This document shows positions 11,306-22,226 of a stretch of DNA of 64,000 bases, piece by piece. Every line of letters begins with the position of its first letter. The stretch's first letter is position 1. Both the position numbers and the translations under genes were made by a program. Below the pieces are notes generated by a model. It had not been told where the DNA came from, ran no database searches, and saw only the letters and a list, made by a program, of their open reading frames with translations. The stretch covers positions 3,288,609 through 3,352,608 of the forward strand of contig OY969726.1 of the NCBI GenBank assembly GCA_963702215.1, in the 5' to 3' direction. Source of the stretch: an uncultured Bacteroidota bacterium (GTDB lineage Bacteria; Bacteroidota; Ignavibacteria; Palsa-1295).

Positions 11306-12187
11306 ATGCAAACGATGACAGATATTGATTTCAACGGACACGGAGACGCGGAGTACCTCGACGAACTTTTCGCCGACTATAACACCGCTCTCGGAACGAA
11401 ACTGCTGCTGGATACGGAGGCGCTAAAGGTAATTTATGCAAACGCCGCACCTCTCCGGCCGATCCCCAAATCGGTTACCTGGAAAGGCTGGCGCAGAGCC
11501 GTTGGGCCTCTCTTACTCTTCGTTTGGGCTGCTGTGCTGATGTCGGCTGTTTGGCTGGACGCGCGATTCGAGGTTGCGGGCGAACAGGATTCCGTCCCAG
11601 CGACATTGCACACTGAGGCTTTACCGCAAGTTCAAAGATATTCCTTCGCGCCAATCGAATCCGGGCGTATAAGTTCGCCAAAGCCAATCAACAGCTCTGA
11701 TGCAGGAATGGAAAGCTCAATGCGTGGATCCTTGCCCGCGGCCTCGCAGCTCTTTCGAGCCTCCGCGCTAGTCTATGCCGACAATGCCGATCTCGACTCA
11801 GCCGTGATACACGATCCCAGCCTCGGGCCGGAATGGAGATTGGCCGACTGGAACGACATCGTAAATGTCAGCAAAGACCATCCGATCCAAGAACTTATCC
11901 ATTCGTTGAAGTGGGACTTGGACACGGGCACACATTTCCCGGTCGCGCGGAATCAATTCTGGCTCCAGTACAACGGAAGAAGCACGACACGCAGTGTCGA
12001 GCAGCATTATGGCATCGCTTCTAATGAAGAGAATTCACACAGGCATTATTTCGTCGCGCGATTTGACCACAGAGTGCCTGATAATTTCAGAGTTGTCGCA
12101 GGAATTGAGGATAATGAAATCGTTCTCGGATCATGGTATGACTGGAAGTTCCCGGTGCTCGCAGTAAGGAGAGAATCAGCTCGCTAG
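11306..12187 (+). CDS. putative anti-sigma factor: cytoplasmic N-domain, single TM helix and a periplasmic C-terminal domain
   Basis: Its start abuts the sigma stop (TAA-ATG). One TM helix (GPLLLFVWAAVLMSAVWL). The C-terminal domain (DLDSAV..RLADWNDI...HYFVARFDHRVP...IVLGSWYDWKF) is paralogous to the next gene. Confidence 0.45.
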   Translation: MQTMTDIDFNGHGDAEYLDELFADYNTALGTKLLLDTEALKVIYANAAPLRPIPKSVTWKGWRRAVGPLLLFVWAAVLMSAVWLDARFEVAGEQDSVPATLHTEALPQVQRYSFAPIESGRISSPKPINSSDAGMESSMRGSLPAASQLFRASALVYADNADLDSAVIHDPSLGPEWRLADWNDIVNVSKDHPIQELIHSLKWDLDTGTHFPVARNQFWLQYNGRSTTRSVEQHYGIASNEENSHRHYFVARFDHRVPDNFRVVAGIEDNEIVLGSWYDWKFPVLAVRRESAR

Positions 12188-12213
12188 TTTTCACTTGATG
12201 ATAATTACCTGAA

Positions 12214-12700
12214 ATGAAATCCACTATATTGACAATTTTGGTTCTTAGCGCGCTTCTCGTCGGTGGCTGCAGTGATTCAACCCAACCCTCTTCGGGCGGC
12301 AGCCTCCAATTCGCGACTACGAAAGAAATGTACTCGGAAACGGATAATCTCGACTCGGCAGTCAAGGCGGATCTCGGATCGAGTTACCGCGTGGCTGATT
12401 GGAACCGACGTGGAGGAATATTGCTATCACAACCCTGTGGACAGCCTCATTGCCCACCTCGGCTGGGACGTAATGGGCGCCGCAGGAAGTGATACCACTA
12501 AAGAAAATTTTTTCGTGACCTGGGATAGCCAAGGCTTTACGCCCGATGATCCATCCCGCCATTACTTCGCCACTCGTTTCGATCATACCGTGCCGAGCAG
12601 CTGGGCTGTCCTTGACCAAGTCGATAGCAACCGGATCGTGCTGGGGTCGTGGAATGGGGTGCGGTTCCGGGTGCTCGGGTTGAAAAACGTTTCTCAGTAA
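12214..12700 (+). CDS. lipoprotein carrying the same domain as the anti-sigma C-terminus, split by a frameshift
   Basis: ORF 12214..12492 (lipobox LSALLVGGCSDS; ...NLDSAVKADLGSSYRVADWN) and ORF 12263..12700 (...DVEEYCYHNPVDSLIAHLGWD...HYFATRFDHTVP...IVLGSWNGVRF) together align to the anti-sigma C-terminal domain. The frame switch lies near 12404..12410. Confidence 0.5.
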
Positions 12701-12720
12701 CAAAAAATCAAAACAATACA

Positions 12721-14073
12721 ATGAAATCAACGCTTCTTACACTCGCACTTTTCCTTGCCTTTGTTGTGTGCGCAAAGGCGCAGATACCGACCGATGCTAT
12801 TATCTACTTACGGCTTAACGGCAGCGCTAATGACGCGAGTGGGAATGGCTATAACGGAGTCATTTATGGTACACCCGCTCCGACGGAGGACAGGTTCGGT
12901 GTTCCGGATGGTGCCTATTACTTTAATGCCGGAATGGGTAGTACTGTTTATGGGACCACACCCGGAACGGACTTCATTGATATTCCGGGCACAGAGGGCC
13001 TTAACTTCACTACTGGCGGACTTTCGCTTTGTGGCTGGGTTGAATACTCAGGGTATCTCGATGATCAAGCGATAGTAACCAAGCATGACCCTTGCGGTAT
13101 TCAACAAGGCTATGGCATCGGAATTTGGCATAATCAAGCAGTTTTTATCTATCCCGGAGCCGGCTGCGGGACGGGCGATGATCGAATTCGTTCCGGTCAG
13201 ACGTATGCAGATGGACAATGGCATTTCGTTGTTGGAACTTATGACGGGACCACTTCCAAACTATACGTGGATGGCGTCATGATGAATTCAATTAACAATT
13301 CATATACATGTTACAACAATGGAACGATACGCGTTGCCCGAGCTCACGATTGTGCATTTTTCCCGGGTAAGATCGATGACGTAAGAATCTTCAGTCGGCC
13401 ACTTACGCAATCAGAAATCACATCTCTTTTCCAAGAGGGTAATTGTCTCCCGCCTACGATTTCTGTTTCGCTTTCGCCAAACACACTCTGGCCTCCGAAT
13501 AACAAGATGCAGACAATCACGGCGGATGTTACAACTGCGGGTAATTGCACTCCGCTCAGCGTTCAGTTTCTTTCCGTCACTGCGAATGAGTCGATCGACC
13601 CGAGCGATATCCAAGCGACTAATGGTGAAGATAACAGGACGTTTGAAGTGCGAACCTCACGAAATGGCTATGGGAATGGTCGAGTCTATACGGCAACCTA
13701 TATCGTAACCGATGCGTCGGGTAATTCCGATACCTCAATAGCTACGGTCACCGTCCCGCACGATCGGGGGCTCAGAAGACATCTCGATGGGAACGATCCT
13801 TCGAATAATGTGACGTTCACGGTTTCCGTCCATCCAAATCCTGTGAAAGATCTCGTGCGAATCTGCGTTCCGTACCTGGCCGAAGGAGTGCCGGCAATGG
13901 TTCAGGTAGTCAATGATGCAGGTGAGGCAGTGGCGCAGCTTTATAATGCGACACCTGAAGGCGATCTCGGTCTATGCCTAAGCCTCGATTGCTCGAAGCT
14001 TGCTGCGGGAACCTATTTTGCTTTGTTCAAGGACGGGAACCAGGAACAGTCGGTAAAATTCGCCAAACAGTGA
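12721..14073 (+). CDS. secreted LamG/concanavalin-A-like lectin-domain protein with a T9SS C-terminal sorting domain
   Basis: The ORF is listed from 12649. The likely start is MKSTLLTLALFLAFVVCAKAQ (signal peptide). LamG motifs DGQWHFVVGTYDGTTSKLYVDGV and DDVRIFSRPLTQSEI. C-terminal T9SS domain ...VHPNPVKDLVRICVP...GTYFALFKDGNQEQSVKFAKQ. Confidence 0.55.
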   Translation: MKSTLLTLALFLAFVVCAKAQIPTDAIIYLRLNGSANDASGNGYNGVIYGTPAPTEDRFGVPDGAYYFNAGMGSTVYGTTPGTDFIDIPGTEGLNFTTGGLSLCGWVEYSGYLDDQAIVTKHDPCGIQQGYGIGIWHNQAVFIYPGAGCGTGDDRIRSGQTYADGQWHFVVGTYDGTTSKLYVDGVMMNSINNSYTCYNNGTIRVARAHDCAFFPGKIDDVRIFSRPLTQSEITSLFQEGNCLPPTISVSLSPNTLWPPNNKMQTITADVTTAGNCTPLSVQFLSVTANESIDPSDIQATNGEDNRTFEVRTSRNGYGNGRVYTATYIVTDASGNSDTSIATVTVPHDRGLRRHLDGNDPSNNVTFTVSVHPNPVKDLVRICVPYLAEGVPAMVQVVNDAGEAVAQLYNATPEGDLGLCLSLDCSKLAAGTYFALFKDGNQEQSVKFAKQ

Positions 14074-14104
14074 ATGGCATTTTAATTCCAAACTTTTTGA
14101 TAGA

Positions 14105-14962
14105 ATGAAACAAACCACAACCACCCTTCTTCTTCTCCTCGCGCTCGCCACGAGCGCCAGCGCCCGCATCCGATACGTCGATCCGGCTGGCATACTCGGC
14201 AAGCAATCCATTCAAGCCGTTATCAATGACTGCGTTGATGGAGATACGGTGAGAATTCTCGAAGGAAGCTATCCTGAGAATATCGTGATTCCCTTAAATA
14301 TAGTGGTTCAAGGGGCAGGGGCGGAAAACACCTTCCTCCATTCGAGTACTGGTTACACATGTACAATAACATCGGGAAAGATCATGTGGCTGACCATCTC
14401 TGGCTCAGTTTCAGCAGTCTCAATGCAAGCAGCCACTGTTACAAATTGTATAATTGAGGGCTGTGGCGGCGATGGAATTGACATTGCTGGTAATGGCGCA
14501 AGCGTGGTGAACTGTATAATTCTCGGTAATGGCGTGAGCGGGATCGCGGGTGGAATCGCGGGAGATCCCTCGGGCACTTCGGTCTTTTCAGTTACCAACT
14601 GCATCCTAATTGATAATAAACAGAATTCAATTCACGGTGATTATAGCCAATCTGGCTCCGAACGGTACTGTATTGAGTTCAACAACGCGAGCGGAGCATG
14701 GGGTATGAAGCAAGTCAGTTGTTTGTCATCCGATCCAGTGCTTGCAAGCAATGGGACATGGCATCTTTCCTCTGGATCTCCTTGCATTGATGCTGGTGAT
14801 CCAACGTTGCTCGATCTCGATGGGACTCGCTCGGACATTGGTTATTACGGTGGCCCGGATGCACCACTCATGCCATACATAGCGCCACCTCAGTTCCCAG
14901 CCGGCAGCCTTCAGGCAGATGGCACTATTCAATTCAATCTGACAGGAAAGGTGGGGTATTGA
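14105..14962 (+). CDS. secreted right-handed parallel beta-helix repeat protein
   Basis: Signal peptide MKQTTTTLLLLLALATSASA. Repeated NCII.G.G...I motifs typical of pectin-lyase-fold repeats. Confidence 0.45.
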   Translation: MKQTTTTLLLLLALATSASARIRYVDPAGILGKQSIQAVINDCVDGDTVRILEGSYPENIVIPLNIVVQGAGAENTFLHSSTGYTCTITSGKIMWLTISGSVSAVSMQAATVTNCIIEGCGGDGIDIAGNGASVVNCIILGNGVSGIAGGIAGDPSGTSVFSVTNCILIDNKQNSIHGDYSQSGSERYCIEFNNASGAWGMKQVSCLSSDPVLASNGTWHLSSGSPCIDAGDPTLLDLDGTRSDIGYYGGPDAPLMPYIAPPQFPAGSLQADGTIQFNLTGKVGY

Positions 14963-14963
14963 G

Positions 14964-15785
14964 GTGGGTAAAGCAATCATATTCTTCATTCTGCTTGCAT
15001 GCTGTGTCAATGTCGCGCGAGCACAGCTTCAAACGATTTCGCAAGCGGAATACTTTATCGGAACCGATCCGGGCGAGGGAAACGGACATCCGTTGACGAT
15101 TCCAAAAGGCAATGCGGTTGTTGATACCGCTGCTTGGCACCAAGCAGGGCTGCCACAGCTTAGGTATGGCGAAGTGATTTATGTTCGTATTAAGAGTTCG
15201 GGTTTCCCAAAGCATAGTGATGGCAGTACCGTGCAGGGCGCGTGGAGCTTTCCTACCCCAGTCATATTTCCGACAACTGCTGTGCTACTTAACGCGCAAG
15301 CGAAAATTGTAAGACCGACACTACAATACCCGCTCCTCGAAAATTGGAACATTTTTCCTCTGAGTGGATCGTATGATTCTTCCGTGCAACAATTGCGCGT
15401 AAAAATTCCGGCAGACAGCTTGCTACCAGGCGACACGCTGGAAGTGCGCCTGCAAGGCAAGGACGAACTCTGGGGTGATTGGTCGCACATCCCCATCACG
15501 CAGGATCTGTTCGCGGGCGTTACGGATAACTCAGCATCATCGAACGCGAGCCTCGATATTTATCCGAATCCCGCTCAGAACGAATTCACGATAAGACTTA
15601 CGAATTACCCGAGCGGCCTGGTTCACTACGAAATCTCGGACGCGCTCGGAAGAACGGTGGAGCATGGCGACATGGCTTCCAGCACTCTTCCTCTTTCCAC
15701 GCGCGATCTTCCCGCTGGCGTGTTCACCTTCCGCGTGGTGGCGAATGGCTCCGCCGCCTCGCGGCAGTTCGTGGTGGCGAAGTAG
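14964..15785 (+). CDS. secreted protein with a T9SS C-terminal sorting domain
   Basis: Signal peptide. C-terminus LDIYPNPAQNEFTIRLTNYPSGLVHYEISDALGRTVEH...GVFTFRVVANGSAASRQFVVAK. The gene starts 2 nt after the previous gene. Confidence 0.5.
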   Translation: MGKAIIFFILLACCVNVARAQLQTISQAEYFIGTDPGEGNGHPLTIPKGNAVVDTAAWHQAGLPQLRYGEVIYVRIKSSGFPKHSDGSTVQGAWSFPTPVIFPTTAVLLNAQAKIVRPTLQYPLLENWNIFPLSGSYDSSVQQLRVKIPADSLLPGDTLEVRLQGKDELWGDWSHIPITQDLFAGVTDNSASSNASLDIYPNPAQNEFTIRLTNYPSGLVHYEISDALGRTVEHGDMASSTLPLSTRDLPAGVFTFRVVANGSAASRQFVVAK

Positions 15786-15806
15786 CTGGCGATTTGGCAG
15801 GCCGCC

Positions 15807-17462
15807 CTATGTTTCCATCATTTCCGCCACAATCGCGATCGGTGGGGAGCCGAAGGAAAGCAGTGTGTTATGGAAATCGTAGAGGGAAAAGTCGTCGCCG
15901 GATTGGCGAATGAGGCGGTCGCGGAGTTCCTTAATCTGGAATTTGCCGAGCGTGTAAAACAAATAGCCGGGATCGAATACGCCGCGCTCGGCTTCGCGCC
16001 GCGCGGCTACCGGATGCAATAGCGCTTTCTCTTCGAAGAGCTGCTGGGCTTCGGAAAGCGTCATTGTGCCAGAGTGTAATTCGATCGACGAAAGATACCG
16101 CGCCACACGAATAAGGGCCTCCTGAATATACGCCAGCCGGATACGCGCATCGCCGTTGCCCCATCCGGCTTCGAGCATCATTTCCTCGGTATAATGCGCC
16201 CAGCCTTCGATGAAGGCATAGGACCAAAATGTCTTTCCCACCTTACTCTTCAGCTTTTGAAGATGAAGGAATTGCACATAGTGCCCGGGATATGCTTCGT
16301 GGATGGAGACGATTTCGAGCACGGAGCGATTGAGTCCGTGCAAAAATTCCTTGCGTTTGGCTTCATCCCAATCGGGTTCCGGCAGCGTTATGTAATAAAA
16401 CGCCTCTGTGGCAACCTTTTCGAAGGCGCCAGGGCTGTTCATCGCAGCGAATGCCCAGCGCATGTGCGGCGGCGTTTCCTGCACGATGCACCGCACCTCG
16501 GATGGAACCGCGATAATATCTTCCCGAATGATAAAGTCACGAATGCGTTCGAGCATACGCTCCGTTTCCGAAAGGATCTTGGGTTCGCTAAAATGCTCGC
16601 TTTCGATATACGTATGGAAAACTTCCCGCGGGCTTAAATGGGAATCGATTTCCTCGCACACTTGGAATAATTCCAGCGTCAGCCGATCGAGCTCTGCACG
16701 TCCTTTATCCAGAAGGGTTTCGAGGGAATCGGTGATGAGTTCGCTCGTTCGAATAAAACGTTCGAGGCGGTCTGCCCCAAGCCGGAATGAATTATACATC
16801 GCATTCGGCAGTACCACTGTCTGCACCGCTTCGATGAAGCTTGAAACCGCAAGTTTCGCTCCCTGCATCGCACTGTTTAATTCCTCGAGAAGCCCGGAAT
16901 CCTCAATGGAAGGAAAAAACCGGTTGGCAATCGTATCCAGGAATTCGAGACGGCCCTGGAATACTTCGATGGCGGTTTCGACGATAGTTCGGTCGAGACG
17001 GGCGCTTAGGTTTTGGCGTGCTACGGCGAGAACGCGCGGGTACGTACGCAGCCGCGCCAGGACGGAGCGCATCCGCTGGCTAAGGGGCGCAAAATCGCGG
17101 TCGGTGAGGTGTGTAAGTTCCAGATGATCGTTATAGACCATCGGGTTCCATTCGAAATCCCTTAGCTCCGTAAGCCTGAAAATCTCGTCGCGCAACTTCC
17201 ACTCGATGGCGCGGCACTCGAACCGGCCGAGATCGTCGGCAGGGGAGCGCCCGTTTCCTCGAAAATCGGTCTCGTAGGTTTCGAGCGCACACCGAAGCTC
17301 ATGGAGATATTGCTCGCGGCGAGTCGAGCTAAAATCCTCGACATCGGCGTCATATTCGTGCAGGCCGAGCGATGAGGCCGCCGTGGGATAATAATCGAGA
17401 TACAGCGTGAGCACAAAATCTCGAAATTGTGCGAAGGTAAAAAATTTTCGTGGTTTGAGCAT
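15807..17462 (-). CDS. DUF885 family protein (putative metallopeptidase-like)
   Basis: 551 aa with the HEAYPGHYVQ motif characteristic of DUF885. Confidence 0.65.
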   Translation of the reverse strand: MLKPRKFFTFAQFRDFVLTLYLDYYPTAASSLGLHEYDADVEDFSSTRREQYLHELRCALETYETDFRGNGRSPADDLGRFECRAIEWKLRDEIFRLTELRDFEWNPMVYNDHLELTHLTDRDFAPLSQRMRSVLARLRTYPRVLAVARQNLSARLDRTIVETAIEVFQGRLEFLDTIANRFFPSIEDSGLLEELNSAMQGAKLAVSSFIEAVQTVVLPNAMYNSFRLGADRLERFIRTSELITDSLETLLDKGRAELDRLTLELFQVCEEIDSHLSPREVFHTYIESEHFSEPKILSETERMLERIRDFIIREDIIAVPSEVRCIVQETPPHMRWAFAAMNSPGAFEKVATEAFYYITLPEPDWDEAKRKEFLHGLNRSVLEIVSIHEAYPGHYVQFLHLQKLKSKVGKTFWSYAFIEGWAHYTEEMMLEAGWGNGDARIRLAYIQEALIRVARYLSSIELHSGTMTLSEAQQLFEEKALLHPVAARREAERGVFDPGYLFYTLGKFQIKELRDRLIRQSGDDFSLYDFHNTLLSFGSPPIAIVAEMMET

Positions 17463-17481
17463 GAATCAAAGTGAAACAAAA

Positions 17482-18465
17482 CTATCGCAAGTCAATTTCC
17501 GAAGAATCGCCGGCGTTGATGTGGCGAAACGCGCCGCGAAGCTGAACCTTATTTCCCAAAATACTTCCTTCGAGGAGAACGCCTTCGATCACCGCGTCAT
17601 CTCCGATAATGGTATCTCGAATCACCGCATTGCGAACGGTTGCACCCGCGCCTATCGTCGCATAAGGCCCGAGCACCGCATCTTCGACGCTCGCACTTTC
17701 CGCGATAAAGACGGGTTCGTGGATGACCGCACTCGCGATTGATCGGCTCTGAGATTTGCGGTCCAGCAGGGCGCGGTTTGTGCTAAGCAGCGTTTCTGGT
17801 TTCCCGCAATCGTACCAACCATCGAGCTTGAAAACTGCAAACTTCTCACCGCGCTCGATCATCATTTGAAGCGCATCGGTTAGTTGATATTCGTTTTTCG
17901 TTCGCTGGTCTTTCGCAATAAGCTCGTCCAGGCACGACCTTAAAAGCATCGGATTTTGGAAATAATATGGCCCGGCTATCATGAGATGGCTCTTCGGATG
18001 TTCCGGTTTTTCGACGAGCTTGGTCGCAAACCCATCCTTGGCTTCAACCACGCCAAAACGCCGCGGATCTTCTACTTCATAGACACCGATCGCGCTCGAG
18101 GTAGCAGCGAATACCCTTTTCAGATCCGCTTCAAAAATGGTATCGCCGAGCGCAATAAGGAATGGTGAGCCATCGGTGGGAATATTCTTCCTCGCCGTCC
18201 AAATCGCATGGCCCAGGCCGAGTGGCTCTTTTTGCTCGACGAAATTAAGCGGAAACGAGGCATACCGCTCGCGTAAGTATGATTCCACTGCCTCGCCGAG
18301 ATAGCCGACAACGATCGTTGCGCTCGAGACACCGTCTTCGATGAGCCGATCGAGGATATGGGAAAGGATGGGCTTGCCGGCTACGTTGAGGAGCACTTTT
18401 GGCAGGCTATACGTATGGGGCCGAAGCCGCGTGCCAAAACCGGCTACGGGAATAATCGCATGCAT
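17482..18465 (-). CDS. sugar-phosphate nucleotidyltransferase with a C-terminal left-handed beta-helix (G1P thymidylyl/uridylyl/guanylyl-transferase family)
   Basis: N-terminus MHAIIPVAGFGTRLRPHTYSLPKVLLNVAGKPIL matches the NTP-transferase signature. The C-terminus has hexapeptide-like repeats. Confidence 0.75.
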   Translation of the reverse strand: MHAIIPVAGFGTRLRPHTYSLPKVLLNVAGKPILSHILDRLIEDGVSSATIVVGYLGEAVESYLRERYASFPLNFVEQKEPLGLGHAIWTARKNIPTDGSPFLIALGDTIFEADLKRVFAATSSAIGVYEVEDPRRFGVVEAKDGFATKLVEKPEHPKSHLMIAGPYYFQNPMLLRSCLDELIAKDQRTKNEYQLTDALQMMIERGEKFAVFKLDGWYDCGKPETLLSTNRALLDRKSQSRSIASAVIHEPVFIAESASVEDAVLGPYATIGAGATVRNAVIRDTIIGDDAVIEGVLLEGSILGNKVQLRGAFRHINAGDSSEIDLR

Positions 18466-18534
18466 ATCTTACAAAGATACGAAAATTTCCGGATTGCCGG
18501 GCGCGAGTCCGGCACATTTGGTGTTCCACGAAGT

Positions 18535-19587
18535 ATGATGCATTTACGCTCGAAGTTATTTGGGCTTCTTTTCTTCATCGTTATTCTGGGTGCGGCATTT
18601 ACCGGCTGCTCCTCGACGAATAATTCTGTTGCTTCCCAAACCATCGACGATCTTGCATGGCTTCCTGATCAATCCGGCATGCTGGCCATGATTGATCAGC
18701 TTACGATCTCTGCAATTGATGGCTCGACCTACGAGGCGATCAACCTCTTTTCGGTTGGTTCGGATGGCTCGGTGGGGAATTCGATCAATGCGGTGGCAGC
18801 AGCTCCCAATGGGTCGGGTTACACCCCGCTTATTTTTGTTTCGACGGATGGTCACACGGCGATCGAGCAATTTAGCACGGATATTTATCGAGTGGATCTC
18901 ACGAGCGGCAACACGACCGACATCATTCAATATGCGAACCTCCTCGGGGTTTCGCCGGACATGAAGTATGTGGTAACGACGACCGCTTCGGAGCAGCAAA
19001 CCGCTAAAATTATTTCCTTGTATGATATTTCAACGCCAACGGTCACGTTGTTGCTTCCACGGCAAACGGTCGTCGGCGTAGTGAGCACCAAGGCGATTTG
19101 GACGGACGACGGGCATTTCGCATTGGCGATTTCCGATTCCGTCGGCGCGGACAATGCTCCCTATTTTCATGTCGCGATATACGATACCGCGGGAACCATA
19201 ACACAAATCATTCCCAATGCCTCGATCGGCCTCAGCACCGGTGCCTACGCGGCAAAATCCGGTGATTTGTTTTTCGTAAACCACGCGCTTGGAATCGACA
19301 AAATCAATTTAATGTCCGGAACCCGTACGAGCGTCATCACGAACGATTCGGTGGAGAGCTTAGATGTGTCGAGCGATGGAACATTGCTCGTCTATTCTTC
19401 GCAGGAATCCTCGCAGCAGTTCCAGGGCTATTCCGTCAATGTGGCAAATGGTCATTCACAGAGCATCGCTGCGGGCATGGTTGCGCCGCATATCTCCCCG
19501 AATGCCGATAAAGTGGCCTTCATCCATGAAGTTTCAGGCAGCGACAATTCGGACATTCAGGTAGTTGGCGTCTCGCTGCCGAATTAG
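18535..19587 (+). CDS. hypothetical lipoprotein, possibly a beta-propeller
   Basis: The ORF is listed from 18358 but overlaps the divergent gene. The internal start MMHLRSKLFGLLFFIVILGAAFTGCSS is a lipobox. The protein is rich in S/T/G/D beta-strand-like repeats. Confidence 0.4.
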   Translation: MMHLRSKLFGLLFFIVILGAAFTGCSSTNNSVASQTIDDLAWLPDQSGMLAMIDQLTISAIDGSTYEAINLFSVGSDGSVGNSINAVAAAPNGSGYTPLIFVSTDGHTAIEQFSTDIYRVDLTSGNTTDIIQYANLLGVSPDMKYVVTTTASEQQTAKIISLYDISTPTVTLLLPRQTVVGVVSTKAIWTDDGHFALAISDSVGADNAPYFHVAIYDTAGTITQIIPNASIGLSTGAYAAKSGDLFFVNHALGIDKINLMSGTRTSVITNDSVESLDVSSDGTLLVYSSQESSQQFQGYSVNVANGHSQSIAAGMVAPHISPNADKVAFIHEVSGSDNSDIQVVGVSLPN

Positions 19588-19831
19588 GCTTGTCATCCAC
19601 GCCAGATACGGGATCTTGGGTTCCTGCAATGCAGTTCCAAACCCCAATGGGTAACCGGGCTTGGTGCGTTCGAAGAATGTCATCGCCGGAGTCCGGTTAG
19701 GTCTTACGGCCGAGCCAATGCGCCGAAATGAACATTCGGTTTTGCCGATGCGTTAATACCGACGGTCAATTTTTGTCGCCGGCCGGATTACTCTTACCAT
19801 CCCCGGGCATCTATAGAATATGGAATAATGT

Positions 19832-22226
19832 ATGGCAATACTTCGAGGAGACCATCACGCGTTTGGCTGGCCGGGCATTCCTCCGCGATGGACAGCCGGT
19901 AGCAAGGATGGAGTTGGAACCGCTTACGCGGACGCCAGCAAGGTGTGGTTCACACTATGGCGTGGCATCCTGACCGAAATCTACTGGCCGAGCGTGGATT
20001 TGCCGCAAACGCGCGATCTGCAATTTCTCATCACAGACGGGAAAACGTTTTTCCACGAGGAGAAGCGCGATTTGGATTCGAAGATGTCGCGAGTGGCTCC
20101 GCACGCGCTCGTTTATCAGAACGCGAAATCACGACCCGGAAGGCCGCTACACGATTGAAAAGGAATTCGTTGCCGATCCGCGGTTTCCGTGTATTCTCCA
20201 GCACACGAAAGTTCGTGAGTCTGAAACGCTTGCCGGCCAATTGAAATTATTCTTGCTCTTCGCACCGCATCTCAAATGCGGCGGCGCGGGCAACGATGCG
20301 ATGATTATGCAACATGCCGGGCGGAACCTGCTCGTCGCTCATAAGGACGCGGCTTGGTGTGCAATTGGCGGAACGATTCCCTTTTCGAAACTTTCGTGCG
20401 GCTTCGTCGGCGCAAGCGACGGATGGTCCGATATTTCCGAGCACCTGGGAATGGCGTGGGAATTCGATCAGGCCTTGAACGGGAATGTGGCACTCACCGG
20501 CGAACTCGATCTTGAGAAGAGCAAGGACTTTACGATCGGAATAGCTTTCGGGCATTCGCTGCAAAGTGCGATCGCTACGCTATATCAATCGCTCGGGTTC
20601 CCTTTCGAGTCCTCCCTTGGGTTGGCGCTGGAAGATTGGAAAGCGACGGAGTCGCTGTTCTTACCTCTTGGTTCTTATGCTTCCGACCACGGCAAACTCT
20701 ACACGAGCAGTACCAGCCTACTCATCGCCCATGAGGATAAGACGTTTTCCGGCGCCTTCATTGCCTCCCTTTCAATACCTTGGGGAGAGAGGAAAGGCGA
20801 CGAGGATTTGGGCGGTTATCATCTGGTATGGATGCGCGATCTTGTGAATTCCGCAATGGGCTTGCTCGCGGCAGGCGAGCGGGATACCGCGCTGCGCGCT
20901 CTAATTTATATCGCTGCCACGCAACAGGAGGATGGTGGGTTTCCGCAAAATTTCTGGGTCAATGGTGAAAGGTATTGGAGCAGCATCCAAATGGATGAGG
21001 TCGCCTTTCCGATCCTTTTGGCCCGCCATCTCGCGCTGGAAAAAGGCTTGCGCGATTTCGATCCGTATGAGATGGTTATTCGCGCGGCCTCATATCTGAT
21101 GCTCCACGGACCCGCGACGGAACAGGAGCGATGGGAAGAAGCGAGCGGATACTCTCCATCCACGCTTGCCGTGGTGATTGCGGCGCTCATTGCCGCCGCT
21201 TCCTTTGCCGAAGAGCACCATGACAAAGTAAGTGCGAATTACCTCCGCGATTACGCCGATTTTCTGGAATCCCATCTCGAACACTGGACGGTAACGAATT
21301 GCGGAACTCTTGTGGGCGGCATTTCGCGGCATTACATCAGAATCCTTCCGGCCGATCTCCATGATCCCGAAGCCGATGAGAATCCGGACACGGCCGTTCT
21401 CACGCTCAAAAATCAGGAACCCGGTGCTCGCACCGAGTATCCGGCCAAAGAAATTGTCGATACGGGTTTCCTGGAACTCGTGCGGAATGGAATTCGGTCG
21501 GCGAACGATCCGCTCATCGTCGATTCCGTAAAAGTAATCGATCGCATTTTGCGCCGAGAGACTCCGCGCGGTCCCGCGTTCTACCGTTACAATCACGATG
21601 GTTATGGCCAGCGCCCGGATGGAACGGGTTACGATGAATGGGGTTGCGGTAGGCTCTGGCCGTTGCTTTGCGGTGAGCGTGGGCATTATGAACTCGCCGC
21701 CGGCCGGGATCCGGTCGTTTATCGCGAAGCGATGGAACGATTTGCAACGGCTACCGGACTGCTGAGCGAACAGGTCTGGGATCGAAAGGCATCTCCAGCC
21801 GCATGGCTCAAGCTTGGTTTCCCGACCGGATCCGCGATGCCACTATGTTGGGCGCATGCGGAGTACATTCGATTGCTCCGCTCAATTCACGATGGAAAAA
21901 TTTTCGGTTTTCTGCCAGAAGTTGCAGAACGATACATCGAAAATCGCGGGCCAGGCAAGCGCATCGAATTGTGGAAGCCGAACCGGCACGCCAAGTCGAT
22001 GGCACACAACGAAACCCTGCGGATTCAGGCGGCCGAACCGTTTGTTCTTCATTTTTGCCTCGATGGCGGAACTTGGAACGAAATGAGATCGGCACAAACC
22101 GGCTTTGCAGTGGAGTTTGCGGATATTCATCCCCATGCCAACTCGAAAAAAATCACCCTTACTTTCTTCTGGAACGATCGGAACGAGTGGGAAGGAAAAA
22201 ATTACGAAGTAACCGTAACGAAATGA
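19832..22226 (+). CDS. GH15 glucoamylase/glucodextranase (glucan 1,4-alpha-glucosidase), split by a frameshift
   Basis: ORF 19832..20158 is the N-terminal beta-sandwich domain (GIPPRWTAGSKDGVGTAY...VWFTLWRGILTEIYWP...DLQFLITDG). In a +1 frame it continues as DPEGRYTIEKEFVADPRFPCILQHTKV...LFLLFAPHL and joins ORF 20241..22226, the catalytic (alpha/alpha)6 domain (GRLWPLLCGERGHYELAAG). The frame switch lies near 20128..20136. Confidence 0.8.
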
